The notes beneath the pieces are model-generated. The model saw nothing but the letters and a program-made list of their open reading frames with translations. It was not told the DNA's origin and ran no database searches. From contig NC_010814.1 in the NCBI RefSeq assembly GCF_000020385.1, forward strand, positions 3,180,001 to 3,212,000: DNA of 32,000 bases. Reading direction: 5' to 3'. The position numbers were made by a program, and so were the translations under genes. The stretch is from Trichlorobacter lovleyi SZ. Lineage in GTDB: Bacteria; Desulfobacterota; Desulfuromonadia; Geobacterales; Pseudopelobacteraceae. Of this stretch, positions 1 to 8,133 are shown one piece after another (within the stretch, counting starts at the first letter, position 1; each line of letters opens with the position of its first letter).

Positions 1-1013
1 AAACCCTGCAACAGGCCCTGGCGATCCAGGAGCGGGCCGGTAAGGATCGCAAACCGCTGGTTGCAACACTGCTGGAGAATGGATTTGCTGATCGGGATGC
101 CGCCTACCATGGCCTTGAAGCCTTGATTGAACTGGCGATCGTGGAGATGCTGACCTGGAAAAAAGGGAGCTTTGCCCTGCAAGTCGACGAGATACAGCTC
201 TGTGACGAATTTCGCTATTTCCCCGACAAGTTACATCAGGAGATTACCCTGCCCACCGAGCATGTCCTGATGGATGCCTTGAGGATCTTTGACGAAAAGA
301 TGCGGGACGGCCTGTTGACGATGGAAGACGAACCTGCTGAGCCGCCGGTTTCTGCTGCGGCAGAACAACCTGACAGCGCCACGGTTCTCTCGGCTGATGA
401 TCTCGGCCTGGGCGATCTGGACACGGTCAAACGCAAGCTGCCTGCCTTCCATGAGGCACTGAAAGATCAGTCGTCCTCATCGGATCTGCTGCAATCCAAG
501 TTCAACGCCGTACTGAAAGATACCAGTGCCAGCCTGCAGCAGGTGGGCAGCCTGCCGGAAACCGCCCGGATCCTGCTGGAAACGGTGGCAGCCCTGTTTC
601 CCCGTGCCCTGACCCTAGTGGCCTGGGATACCGAACTGGTGGCAGAGCGGGGGATCGGCATCACCACCCCCCGGGATGCCGGTCCCGGGCCGGTCATGGG
701 GTTCAAGATTCCGCTCAGTAGTGGCGCTCTGTTCAGTTTTATTCTTGACAAGGGACACCTTTTCTACGGTAAATCCGACGATCAGGCCTTGCAAGAATAT
801 CTCTACCCGGTTATTGGCGCCCCGGCGGACAACACGATACTCCTGCTGCCGCTTAAACTGGGCAAACGGGTGGTCTCGCTGATTTACGCCGACTTCGGCA
901 CCCAGCAGGCCGCAGAGGTGCCCACGGTTCAGCTGGAAGGTTGTGCCGAGCATGCCGGCATGGCTATTGAAAGCGCCCTGCTGCGTAAGCAGCAAACCAC
1001 GAAAACTACCTGA
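1..1013 (+). CDS. DUF4388-type regulatory protein with GAF-like C-terminal half, 5'-partial
   Basis: The frame of ORF 123..1013 stays open back to the window edge (TLQQALAIQERAGKDRKPLVATLLENGF...), so the listed TTG at 123 is internal. The motif IELAIVEMLTWKKGSFAL is typical of DUF4388 proteins. It lies directly upstream of pilT, as in many deltaproteobacteria. Confidence 0.6.
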   Translation, partial: TLQQALAIQERAGKDRKPLVATLLENGFADRDAAYHGLEALIELAIVEMLTWKKGSFALQVDEIQLCDEFRYFPDKLHQEITLPTEHVLMDALRIFDEKMRDGLLTMEDEPAEPPVSAAAEQPDSATVLSADDLGLGDLDTVKRKLPAFHEALKDQSSSSDLLQSKFNAVLKDTSASLQQVGSLPETARILLETVAALFPRALTLVAWDTELVAERGIGITTPRDAGPGPVMGFKIPLSSGALFSFILDKGHLFYGKSDDQALQEYLYPVIGAPADNTILLLPLKLGKRVVSLIYADFGTQQAAEVPTVQLEGCAEHAGMAIESALLRKQQTTKTT

Positions 1014-1027
1014 CAGGGGAACATCAC

Positions 1028-2101
1028 ATGGACATGAACCTGCTCAACCAGATCCTGGGGATTGCCTTTGAAAAACGGGTCTCTGACCTGCACTTCGAGG
1101 TGGACAACCCACCGTTTTTCAGGGCTCACGGCCAATTGATCCGCTCAAAACTGCCCTCCCTGACCCCACAGGATACCGAGTTTATCGCCAAGACCGTGCT
1201 GGCCCAGAGTAATCGCCAGCTGCCCGAAGACCTACGGGAACTTGATGCGGCCTATGCCCTGCCCAATGGCGGCCGGTTCCGGGTCAGCATCTTCCGCCAA
1301 CGCTGCAGCGTCGGTATCGTGATGAGGGTCATCCCTCCCTACATCGCCGCCTTCAACGAACTGAATCTGCCCCCGGTACTGGGAGAGATCTGCCAGGCTC
1401 CCAACGGCCTGATCCTGGTTACCGGCCCAACCGGCAACGGCAAGTCCACCACCCTGGCCTCCATGCTGCAGTTCATCAACCAGAACGACAGTTTCAACAT
1501 CATCACCATAGAGGATCCGATTGAGTTCCTGTTCGCCTCGGACAAAAGCTGCATCATCCAGCGTGAAGTCGGGATCGATACCGGCAGCTTCAGCGCCGCC
1601 CTGAAGGCATCACTGCGGATGGACCCTGACGTGATCATGGTAGGGGAGATGCGGGACCTGGAGACGATTGACTCCTGCATCAAGGCGGCCGAGACCGGCC
1701 ACCTGGTCTTCTCCACCCTGCATACCCAGAGCGCCTCTTCAACCATCAACCGCCTGGTGGGACACTTCCCCCCCGACGCCCAGGAGGTGATCCGCCAACG
1801 GCTGGCCGACATTCTGGTGGCAACCATCTCGTTACGCCTGATTAACGACAAGACCGGCGAGCGGGTACTGCCGGTGGTTGAGATCATGCGTACCACCACC
1901 ACCATTCAGGCCTGTATCCGTGAGGGGCGTTTCGACGAGATTGAGAAGCATATCGAGAACGGCCGCACCCAGTACCAGATGCAGTCCCTTGATCAGCACC
2001 TGGTACAACTCTGTCAGCAGGAACTGATTACCTTTGAACAGGCCAAACGGATTACCCGTTCCATGGATCTGGAGCGGAAACTGACGTTCACCGGAGAGTA
2101 G
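1028..2101 (+). CDS. pilT: type IV pilus twitching-motility ATPase PilT
   Basis: Walker A GPTGNGKSTT, Walker B/Asp box IMVGEMRD and His box STLHT. At 357 aa it has the typical PilT length. Confidence 0.9.
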   Translation: MDMNLLNQILGIAFEKRVSDLHFEVDNPPFFRAHGQLIRSKLPSLTPQDTEFIAKTVLAQSNRQLPEDLRELDAAYALPNGGRFRVSIFRQRCSVGIVMRVIPPYIAAFNELNLPPVLGEICQAPNGLILVTGPTGNGKSTTLASMLQFINQNDSFNIITIEDPIEFLFASDKSCIIQREVGIDTGSFSAALKASLRMDPDVIMVGEMRDLETIDSCIKAAETGHLVFSTLHTQSASSTINRLVGHFPPDAQEVIRQRLADILVATISLRLINDKTGERVLPVVEIMRTTTTIQACIREGRFDEIEKHIENGRTQYQMQSLDQHLVQLCQQELITFEQAKRITRSMDLERKLTFTGE

Positions 2102-2127
2102 CAATGCCATCACAAGGAGGATTCGCT

Positions 2128-2811
2128 ATGAAATTTGTTAAACTGCTGGCTTTGGCACTCTGTGCCGGCTTGACCACGGTTTCTGTCTGCAGTGCCGACG
2201 AAAACGTGGAAGAGTTGCTGCAGCCCCAGGTCTACGACCTTGGAGAAACCCCGAAACCGCCGCCGGTCAGAATCAAGAAACAGGTACCGCCCCCGAAACC
2301 GGCGCCAAAACCGGAGGTCGACAAGTTTGTACCACCGCCACCTCCTCCACCACGCTACGAGGCACCTCCGGTCGCACCGCCACCACGGCCTCAAATGGGG
2401 GATGACAGCCACTTCATCCAGCCTGACGACTACTTCATTCAGCGCCACGGCCTGGAGGGGCATACCTGGATCTGGGTGGAACTGGCAAAAATGGTGAATG
2501 CTCCGAGCGGCAGCACCAAGGGCGAAGCGGAGTTCATGAAGGTCAGGGACGGCAAGAACTACTGGACACGTCATTACTGGCAGACCAGGATAGCCTCCCA
2601 GAACGAACTGCGCCTGGGTCTGGTGGTAATCGCCTTTAACGATCACCGCCGCCATGACGTCTATGGCGCACCGGAGAAGAAGGACCGTGCCCGCGGCGGC
2701 AGCTGGTTTATGGCCAAGATCACTGACACGTCGGATCTGTACAAAGGGTACGTCACCGTCTCCGGCAACTACAAGGTAAGCCTCCAGAACCTGCGGGTGA
2801 TCGTGTACTGA
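2128..2811 (+). CDS. secreted proline-rich protein of unknown function
   Basis: AAGGAGG at 2114-2120 sits 7 nt before the ATG at 2128. Signal peptide MKFVKLLALALCAGLTTVSVCSA, then a PPPVRIKKQVPPPKPAPKPE...PPPPPPP tract and a globular C-terminal domain. The listed start at 2104 is probably too far upstream. Confidence 0.65.
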   Translation: MKFVKLLALALCAGLTTVSVCSADENVEELLQPQVYDLGETPKPPPVRIKKQVPPPKPAPKPEVDKFVPPPPPPPRYEAPPVAPPPRPQMGDDSHFIQPDDYFIQRHGLEGHTWIWVELAKMVNAPSGSTKGEAEFMKVRDGKNYWTRHYWQTRIASQNELRLGLVVIAFNDHRRHDVYGAPEKKDRARGGSWFMAKITDTSDLYKGYVTVSGNYKVSLQNLRVIVY

Positions 2812-2841
2812 CCTGCCACATCAAAATCGTACCGTAACAGA

Positions 2842-2880
2842 ACAGGGGGTGGCCGGACCGGACACCCCCTGTGTTTTGTG
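2842..2880 (+). terminator. rho-independent terminator after the proline-rich gene
   Basis: Perfect 10-bp stem ACAGGGGGTG / CACCCCCTGT with an 11-nt loop, followed by GTTTTGTG. Confidence 0.6.
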
Positions 2881-3071
2881 CAACGCTGGATCAAGGCAAC
2901 TTATAAACTATACGCCCATAAAAAATAAAAAAACAGACTGGAAAATTCTGCCGAATCTGACGATAGTATACTTAACGGTAGCGCTAACCGGAAGAGCAGA
3001 AGGCACCAGAACGACGAGCAGGAAAGGTGATCTGCATCCAGGATGGACTCAGCGAACATAATGATCCACTG

Positions 3072-3163
3072 CACCTGTCCGGCGCACTCCAGGCACCGGA
3101 ACTCCCGTGAAACAGGGATGTAAGCCTCAGAGGCCCGCGAACCATCGCGGGCCTTTCACGTTT
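3072..3163 (+). repeat. copy A of a ~92-nt structured repeat (candidate sRNA or leader with terminator hairpin)
   Basis: Near-identical to 6154..6247, differing by 3 substitutions and one 3-nt indel. It contains the 10-bp hairpin AGGCCCGCGA-ACCA-TCGCGGGCCT followed by TTCACGTTT. Confidence 0.6.
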
Positions 3164-3343
3164 ACACATGCGGCAAAATCTGTGTTATCCTCGTCAAGCA
3201 ACGTTACTCTGACAAGGGCTCCACAATGCATTACAACAAAATCGCCAGCGGTGATATTTAAAGGATATAGTTCCAAGTAGAGACTGCCAACCCAACTGGT
3301 ATAATCGGAACCACCCATACACTCAGTAAAAGGAGAATCCACC

Positions 3344-4285
3344 ATGCGATGTCCCCCTTTCCTTCTGAGCCTGTTACTCATCTCCATCATTTTGCTGACT
3401 GTAGCGTCACCATCAAATGCAGACAGTTTTTCTGCCGACGTCGGCGCAGGTATACTGGTTATCAGCAAGTCAGACAACCTTTGGGGGCGGGGCAAATCAT
3501 CCATTGCCAGCCTGGGGGACAGCCCCAAAAGCCAGACGGTTGTCATGGCAATACCTGCGCTGCTGCTGCGCTATCGCCAGGACTCCCTGAAAAACACCTG
3601 GTTTGCTGGCGCCACAGAAGAGGACTACGGCCGGGTGGCGATCGGGGTTAAACATGATCTGGAAAAAGGGGCGGTTGACGCGGCCCTGTTCTACTCATTC
3701 ATGGGCAGTGAATGGGAAGACCCCTACACGCTTAACAGAAACGCTACCAGTGTACAAAATTTCGGTTTCCGGGCCGGTTGGGAGAAAATTGCAGGAAGCC
3801 CTTTCGCCGCGCACTACACCGTTTCAGTAAAACTGGTGAATAATGATCTAAGCGGAGAACGTTACCCTGACCTGAAACGGGACGGCACAAAGCACCGCCT
3901 GGGGGTCACCTATACGCTCAAGCTGGCTGATACTCTTACGCTCACTCCCTCACTGGCTTATGAGCGAGAAAGCGCAGAAGGCGCTGCAAACCGTTACAGC
4001 TCTCCCACCGGGGCGGTGTCGCTGATCTGGCGGCAGCAGGACCTGAGTTGGATCAACAGGGTCTCAGGATCCTACGCCTTCCATGACCACGTCAATCCGG
4101 TTTTTGGCAAGACTCTGAAGGAACCGGGCTATAGCGCAGCCTCCCTCGCCCTATGGAAAAATCCTTTTGATTTCAAAAAGTACTGGCTAACTGCCGGCAT
4201 CGTCTACGAGCAGACCCTTCCTAACATCACTTTTTTTGAAAAACGCTCAAACTACTTCTTTCTGCTGGGCGGGTATTCGTTCTAA
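3344..4285 (+). CDS. putative outer-membrane beta-barrel protein
   Basis: AAGGAG RBS, signal peptide ending SNADS, alternating amphipathic strands, and a C-terminal GGYSF with terminal Phe typical of BAM substrates. Confidence 0.65.
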   Translation: MRCPPFLLSLLLISIILLTVASPSNADSFSADVGAGILVISKSDNLWGRGKSSIASLGDSPKSQTVVMAIPALLLRYRQDSLKNTWFAGATEEDYGRVAIGVKHDLEKGAVDAALFYSFMGSEWEDPYTLNRNATSVQNFGFRAGWEKIAGSPFAAHYTVSVKLVNNDLSGERYPDLKRDGTKHRLGVTYTLKLADTLTLTPSLAYERESAEGAANRYSSPTGAVSLIWRQQDLSWINRVSGSYAFHDHVNPVFGKTLKEPGYSAASLALWKNPFDFKKYWLTAGIVYEQTLPNITFFEKRSNYFFLLGGYSF

Positions 4286-4502
4286 GTTTTATTGACACCT
4301 TGTCTGGGTAGTTCTTAATCGTTGAAGGTACCCGTCCCTGGAAGGTTGTAGCACAGAGGTATTACACCTGAACATTAAGCAGCATTCGGATATTTTTAAG
4401 AAGTTTTTTAAAGGCGAAGGACAGCTTTACTATTACGGAAAGCAATTCCTGACATACCTCATCAGAGCATGGAAGCTTTGACCCAGAAAAGGAGAGACAG
4501 AG

Positions 4503-5021
4503 ATGACAACTGATGGAAAACCGTGGAGTCCCTATCTGGCAGGAGCACTGGCCGGGCTGGTCAGCATCGGTTCAGTCTGGTTTGCAGGCAAGTATTTTGG
4601 CGCCTCAACCACCTTTGTTAAGACCGCCGGGATGCTGGAGCAACTTTTTAGCCCTGAACGGGTAGCCCAGATGGAATATTTTATCAAGGAAGTACCCAAG
4701 GTGGACTGGCAAAGCATGTTTCTGGTCGGCATCTTTGGCGGAGCCCTGATCGCCTCCCTTACGGACGGTTCTTTCCGCGTACAAAAAATCCCGGCACTAT
4801 GGGAAAAGCGCTTCGGTGCAAGTCTCCCTAAGCGGAGCATTCTGGCCTTTATGGGGGGCACCATAGCCATGTTCGGGGCACGGCTGGCCGATGGCTGACC
4901 GAGCGGTCATGGGCTGAGCGGTTCGCTTCAGCTAGCGTTAAGTGGCTTTATCTCTCTGGCATGTTTTTTCATTGGTGGGATTATCATGGCCCGGATGCTG
5001 TATCGTGGAGGTGATCAATGA
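4503..5021 (+). CDS. YeeE/YedE (DUF395) sulfur-transport family membrane protein, first half of a split pair, with predicted selenocysteine at TGA 4896..4898
   Basis: The ORF stops at a TGA exactly where the family motif GGC(T/N)SGHGLSG has its invariant Cys: ARLADG-TGA-PSGHGLSGSLQLALSGFISLACFFIGGII. The frame stays open for 40 more codons and ends in an ATGA overlap with the next gene's start (5018-5021). A hairpin lies 14 nt after the TGA. Confidence 0.65.
4913..4932 (+). promoter_or_regulatory. candidate bacterial SECIS hairpin
   Basis: GCTGAGCG-GTT-CGCT(T)CAGC forms an 8-bp stem with one bulged U and a G/U-rich apex (GGUUC if the closing pair opens). It starts 15 nt after the A of the UGA. 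Confidence 0.4.
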
Positions 5022-5545
5022 GCCAGCTCGTGTACGGTTTGGTTACTGGCTTCTTATTCGGCTTCCTGCTGCAGAAAGGACGGGTTTTACGGTTTGAAAA
5101 ACAGGTTAACGCCTTGCTTTTCAAGGATCTGACCATCATCAAGTTTATGCTCTCCAGCGTAGCGGTCGCCATGGTGGGAACCTACCTGCTTGTCGATCTG
5201 GAACTGGCCAAGCTTTCGATCAAGGCAACCGTCCTGGGGGCAAACATAATCGGTGGCCTTTTGTTCGGGCTTGGCTGGGGTGTTCTGGGCTATTGTCCAG
5301 GCACCTCAATCGGTGCAGTGGCAGAGGGGCGCTGGGATGCACTCTGGGGTGTACTCGGTATGCTGGCCGGAGCTGCTCTCTACGCCGAGGCTTTTCCTGC
5401 CATGAAAGCCACCATACTTACCTGGGGAAATCTGGGTAAAGTCACCCTGCCACAACTAATGGGGATTAACCACTGGTTTGTGATCGTGCCGTTTGTAATC
5501 GGAGCGCTGTTTCTGTTCCGCTGGATTGAAAAGAAAGGACTGTAA
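5018..5545 (+). CDS. YeeE/YedE (DUF395) sulfur-transport family membrane protein, second half of split pair
   Basis: Multi-TM protein with the GYCPGTS motif typical of the second DUF395 repeat. Its start overlaps the extended stop of the upstream gene. Confidence 0.85.
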   Translation: MSQLVYGLVTGFLFGFLLQKGRVLRFEKQVNALLFKDLTIIKFMLSSVAVAMVGTYLLVDLELAKLSIKATVLGANIIGGLLFGLGWGVLGYCPGTSIGAVAEGRWDALWGVLGMLAGAALYAEAFPAMKATILTWGNLGKVTLPQLMGINHWFVIVPFVIGALFLFRWIEKKGL

Positions 5546-5597
5546 CCGGGCAGGCGGGTGCTAACTGCTTATTCGGGCTACACGGTGGAGAGACGGT

Positions 5598-6050
5598 ATG
5601 ATCAACGGCATCAAAAAATTTGAAAAGCTGGTTATCAAGGTGCTGGTTGTGCTGATGGGGGTAGTATTGCTGCTCAGTACGCTTGAATTGGTATGGGTTA
5701 TCGTAAAAGACATCATGTCGCCACCGTATCTGATACTGGATATAGATGAGCTTTTGGAACTGTTTGGTATCTTTATGCTGGTACTGATAGGGATTGAGTT
5801 GATGGAGACCATCATCAAGACCTACATGGACGAAGCCCCTGACCACGCCCGTATCGTGATTGCCGTTGCGATCATAGCCATCGCCCGCAAGGTAATCATT
5901 CTTGATATGAAAGAACTTTCAGGGGTCGCCTTGCTTGGCATTGCAGCAATTATTCTGGCGCTCACGGTTGGTTATTATCTGATTCGAAAAAGTGATCAGG
6001 GCTTGCACAAACCTCAAAAAGAACAGACACCGAACACACCGGCAACGTAA
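5598..6050 (+). CDS. PsiE-family (phosphate-starvation-inducible E-like) membrane protein
   Basis: GGAGAG RBS; 150 aa with 4 predicted TM helices; the IGIELMETI-type segment is recalled from PsiE-like proteins. Confidence 0.55.
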   Translation: MINGIKKFEKLVIKVLVVLMGVVLLLSTLELVWVIVKDIMSPPYLILDIDELLELFGIFMLVLIGIELMETIIKTYMDEAPDHARIVIAVAIIAIARKVIILDMKELSGVALLGIAAIILALTVGYYLIRKSDQGLHKPQKEQTPNTPAT

Positions 6051-6153
6051 ATCTGTGGACCAGATCCGCTCAGATAAATTTCAGCCTGTTACAGCTGTCG
6101 TGGTGAGTCAAGCAGCACGCAAAAGTGAGTTAAACCCAGATTGCCGGTTCATA

Positions 6154-6247
6154 CACCTGCCCGGCGCACTCCAGGCACCGGAACTCCCGTGAAACAACAG
6201 GGATGCAAGCATCAGAGGCCCGCGAACCATCGCGGGCCTTTCACGTT
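6154..6247 (+). repeat. copy B of the ~92-nt structured repeat
   Basis: Aligns to 3072..3163 and carries the same terminator-like hairpin at 6216..6239. Confidence 0.6.
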
Positions 6248-6494
6248 TTCACCCCTTAATATGACACCATGAACAAACTTCGCCAGAGCTCTATCCGGCA
6301 TATTGCAGAGTACATATTTCCTGCTAAACTTTAATACATGTAACGTCCCGATGATTCTTGAATGAAACATTCCCATGCATGGCCACCTCCTGGCCCTGCC
6401 ATCCATTTGTCAGGGTTGGTACCTACTATCAGTGACTTGGTCAATATGGAACTCTCGTTTATCAATATTCAGCTAGACACCAATAAGGTCTTTA

Positions 6495-6884
6495 TTGTAT
6501 GCAAACAACCAAGCACCTGACAGACAAGGCTCCCCCGTGAACAATGACCGTGCTGAAAAACATCAACTGCTGCGCCAGCGGGCCGAACAACTTTTGGCAA
6601 CTGATCCGGGGCGGTTCAGGACACCGGAACAGGCCGATCTTGTTGGGCTGTTGCATGAACTGGCGGTCTTTCAAGCTGAACTCGAGATGCAGAATGAGGA
6701 TCTACTGCTTGCCAATCAGCAGCTTGAAGAGACCAGGCAACAGTATGCGCGTTTGTATGAACAGGCACCGGTTGGATATCTCAGACTGAACGAGCAGGGA
6801 ATTATTCTTCGTCATAATCAGACCTTCATTGAAATGATCCATTCGGATCAGAACATGCTGGTTAACAAACCGTTGGCAACCTTA
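6495..6884 (+). pseudogene. 5' fragment (130 codons) of a multi-domain PAS sensor gene interrupted by an IS element
   Basis: The N-terminal coiled-coil/PAS start (LHELAVFQAELEMQNEDLL...YEQAPVGYLRLN) is paralogous to the N-terminus of the 11373 gene. The native reading frame is broken at 6884/6885. The start codon is uncertain (TTG 6495 or GTG 6537). Confidence 0.8.
6876..6884. repeat. target-site duplication, left copy (GCAACCTTA)
   Basis: The identical 9-mer directly flanks the other IS end at 8125..8133. Confidence 0.8.
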
Positions 6885-8124
6885 CACTGCTGTCCCATAG
6901 TTTTCAAAGCAGCGCCAGTTGAGGATTTGGCAATGCTTTCGTTGGTTTGAATAAGCTTTCCAAGTCTCTTCGCTCGAACAGATTCAGCTGTAATAACCGT
7001 AACATCTGCTGCATCGAGATGGTGATCTTTGACATGAACTTCAACCAGGCCAGTACCAGGTACACACAGAGTGCTATCCAGATCTACGTCAGCACTGCGT
7101 TCTCCGAGGTACCGTAAAACGCCTTGATCTTCAGGTTCTGCTTGATCCACTTGAAGAACAGCTCAATCTGCCAGCGTTCCTTGTATAATTCGGCCACCAG
7201 TGCCGCAGGGATGTGGTTCGCGTTGGTGACGAAGCGGTACTCGTTGCCATCTTCGGCAATGAAGTGAACCAGGCGGAGGCTGCCCTTGATCCCCTTCAGG
7301 CTGATTTTCTGATCGGTGAGCACTCCCTGTGACCTGCGGCCCGGACGCTTCTTGAAATACTCAACCAGGGCGTTGTCCTTGAGCCGGGCTACAAAGAAGA
7401 TGCCGCTGTCCATCAGGGTCTGATACCAGTCGTAGTCGGTATAACCACGGTCAAAGACCACAAAGGATCCAGTCGGTAGCTTGAGCAGTCTGGCCCAGTT
7501 GATCTCATGCTCTTTGCCGGTGGTGACATCGAAGAACTCTGGCAGATATCCGTCAGCAGAAAGACCGACATGCAGTTTGATGGCACCCTTGGTCTTCTGG
7601 TAGCTGGCCCAGGGAAACACCTTTAGGCAGAGGTTGATGACCGTGGCATCAAGCAGGTACAGCTTGGCGTCCAGCTTGAACCGGTTCTTCGGTGCGATGG
7701 TCTGGCAACGGCCCAGCAGTTTGTGAAAGAGCTCTTTGTACAACTGATGTGGCTGTTCTTCATTCACCCGTGCCAATGTTGAACGGGGTACATCCCTGGT
7801 TCCCAGATGATAGAGCTTATGTCCTTGAACCTTGAGATTATCAACCAGATCTCGCAGGCTTTTACGGCCCGTCAGCTGGCCAACCAGCATGGCGGTGAAC
7901 TGGCTCCACCGTGAAAAAGAACGAAACTGCTGCCCGACATGATACTTGCGGGCGAGGGTCTCAAATTCATGTCTCTTGAAAAAACGAACAACTTGGTTAA
8001 GGACTGTGTTATTATGTGACACGGCTCTGATCTCCTCGTGTTTATTGGTGTTTTGGCGAACTCAATATACCACAAGTAGCTCTCAGAGCCTCCTCTTATT
8101 CAATCAATTTATGGGACAGCAGTG
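6885..8124 (-). mobile_element. IS4-family insertion sequence, 1240 bp
   Basis: Perfect 15-bp terminal inverted repeats (CACTGCTGTCCCATA at 6885..6899, reverse complement at 8110..8124), a 9-bp direct target duplication and one DDE transposase gene. Removing the IS plus one duplication copy restores the host ORF in frame. Confidence 0.9.
7084..8022 (-). CDS. IS4-family DDE transposase (DUF4372 N-terminus), ending at an in-frame TAG
   Basis: GTG start with a GAGGAG RBS. It carries the Y-(2)-R-(3)-E-(6)-K signature in LYKERWQIELFFKWIK. After the TAG at 7084..7086 the same frame continues with transposase-like sequence (IWIALCVYLVLAWLKF...) down to a TGA at 6904..6906. Confidence 0.85.
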   Translation of the reverse strand: MSHNNTVLNQVVRFFKRHEFETLARKYHVGQQFRSFSRWSQFTAMLVGQLTGRKSLRDLVDNLKVQGHKLYHLGTRDVPRSTLARVNEEQPHQLYKELFHKLLGRCQTIAPKNRFKLDAKLYLLDATVINLCLKVFPWASYQKTKGAIKLHVGLSADGYLPEFFDVTTGKEHEINWARLLKLPTGSFVVFDRGYTDYDWYQTLMDSGIFFVARLKDNALVEYFKKRPGRRSQGVLTDQKISLKGIKGSLRLVHFIAEDGNEYRFVTNANHIPAALVAELYKERWQIELFFKWIKQNLKIKAFYGTSENAVLT

Positions 8125-8133
8125 GCAACCTTA
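8125..8133. repeat. target-site duplication, right copy (GCAACCTTA)
   Basis: Identical to 6876..6884. Confidence 0.8.

Noticed and set aside
2849-3061. 70-aa ORF in the 530-nt spacer before the OMP gene (also 6212..6406 on the minus strand)
   Set aside because: No RBS and an odd composition. The ORF at 6212..6406 (like 3127..3546 on the minus strand) merely reads through a repeated RNA-like element, and both end in the same NVKGPRWFAGL translation of that repeat.
3072-3163. Assignment of the repeated element to GEMM-I/II, glycine, Moco, ZTP or guanidine riboswitch classes
   Set aside because: The conserved core sequences of these classes, as I remember them, are absent. The regions upstream of the two copies are unrelated, so no larger shared aptamer is evident.
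4292-4320. Sigma70-like promoter (TTGACA-N16-CTTAAT) about 200 nt upstream of the YeeE/YedE pair
   Set aside because: The -35 is perfect but the -10 is weak, and the distance to the gene is long. The evidence is too thin to list as a feature.
7084-7086. The TAG in the transposase as a pyrrolysine or programmed read-through codon
   Set aside because: No pyl genes are in view. The position corresponds to a Gln in related transposases as I recall them, so a CAG-to-TAG nonsense mutation is the simpler reading.
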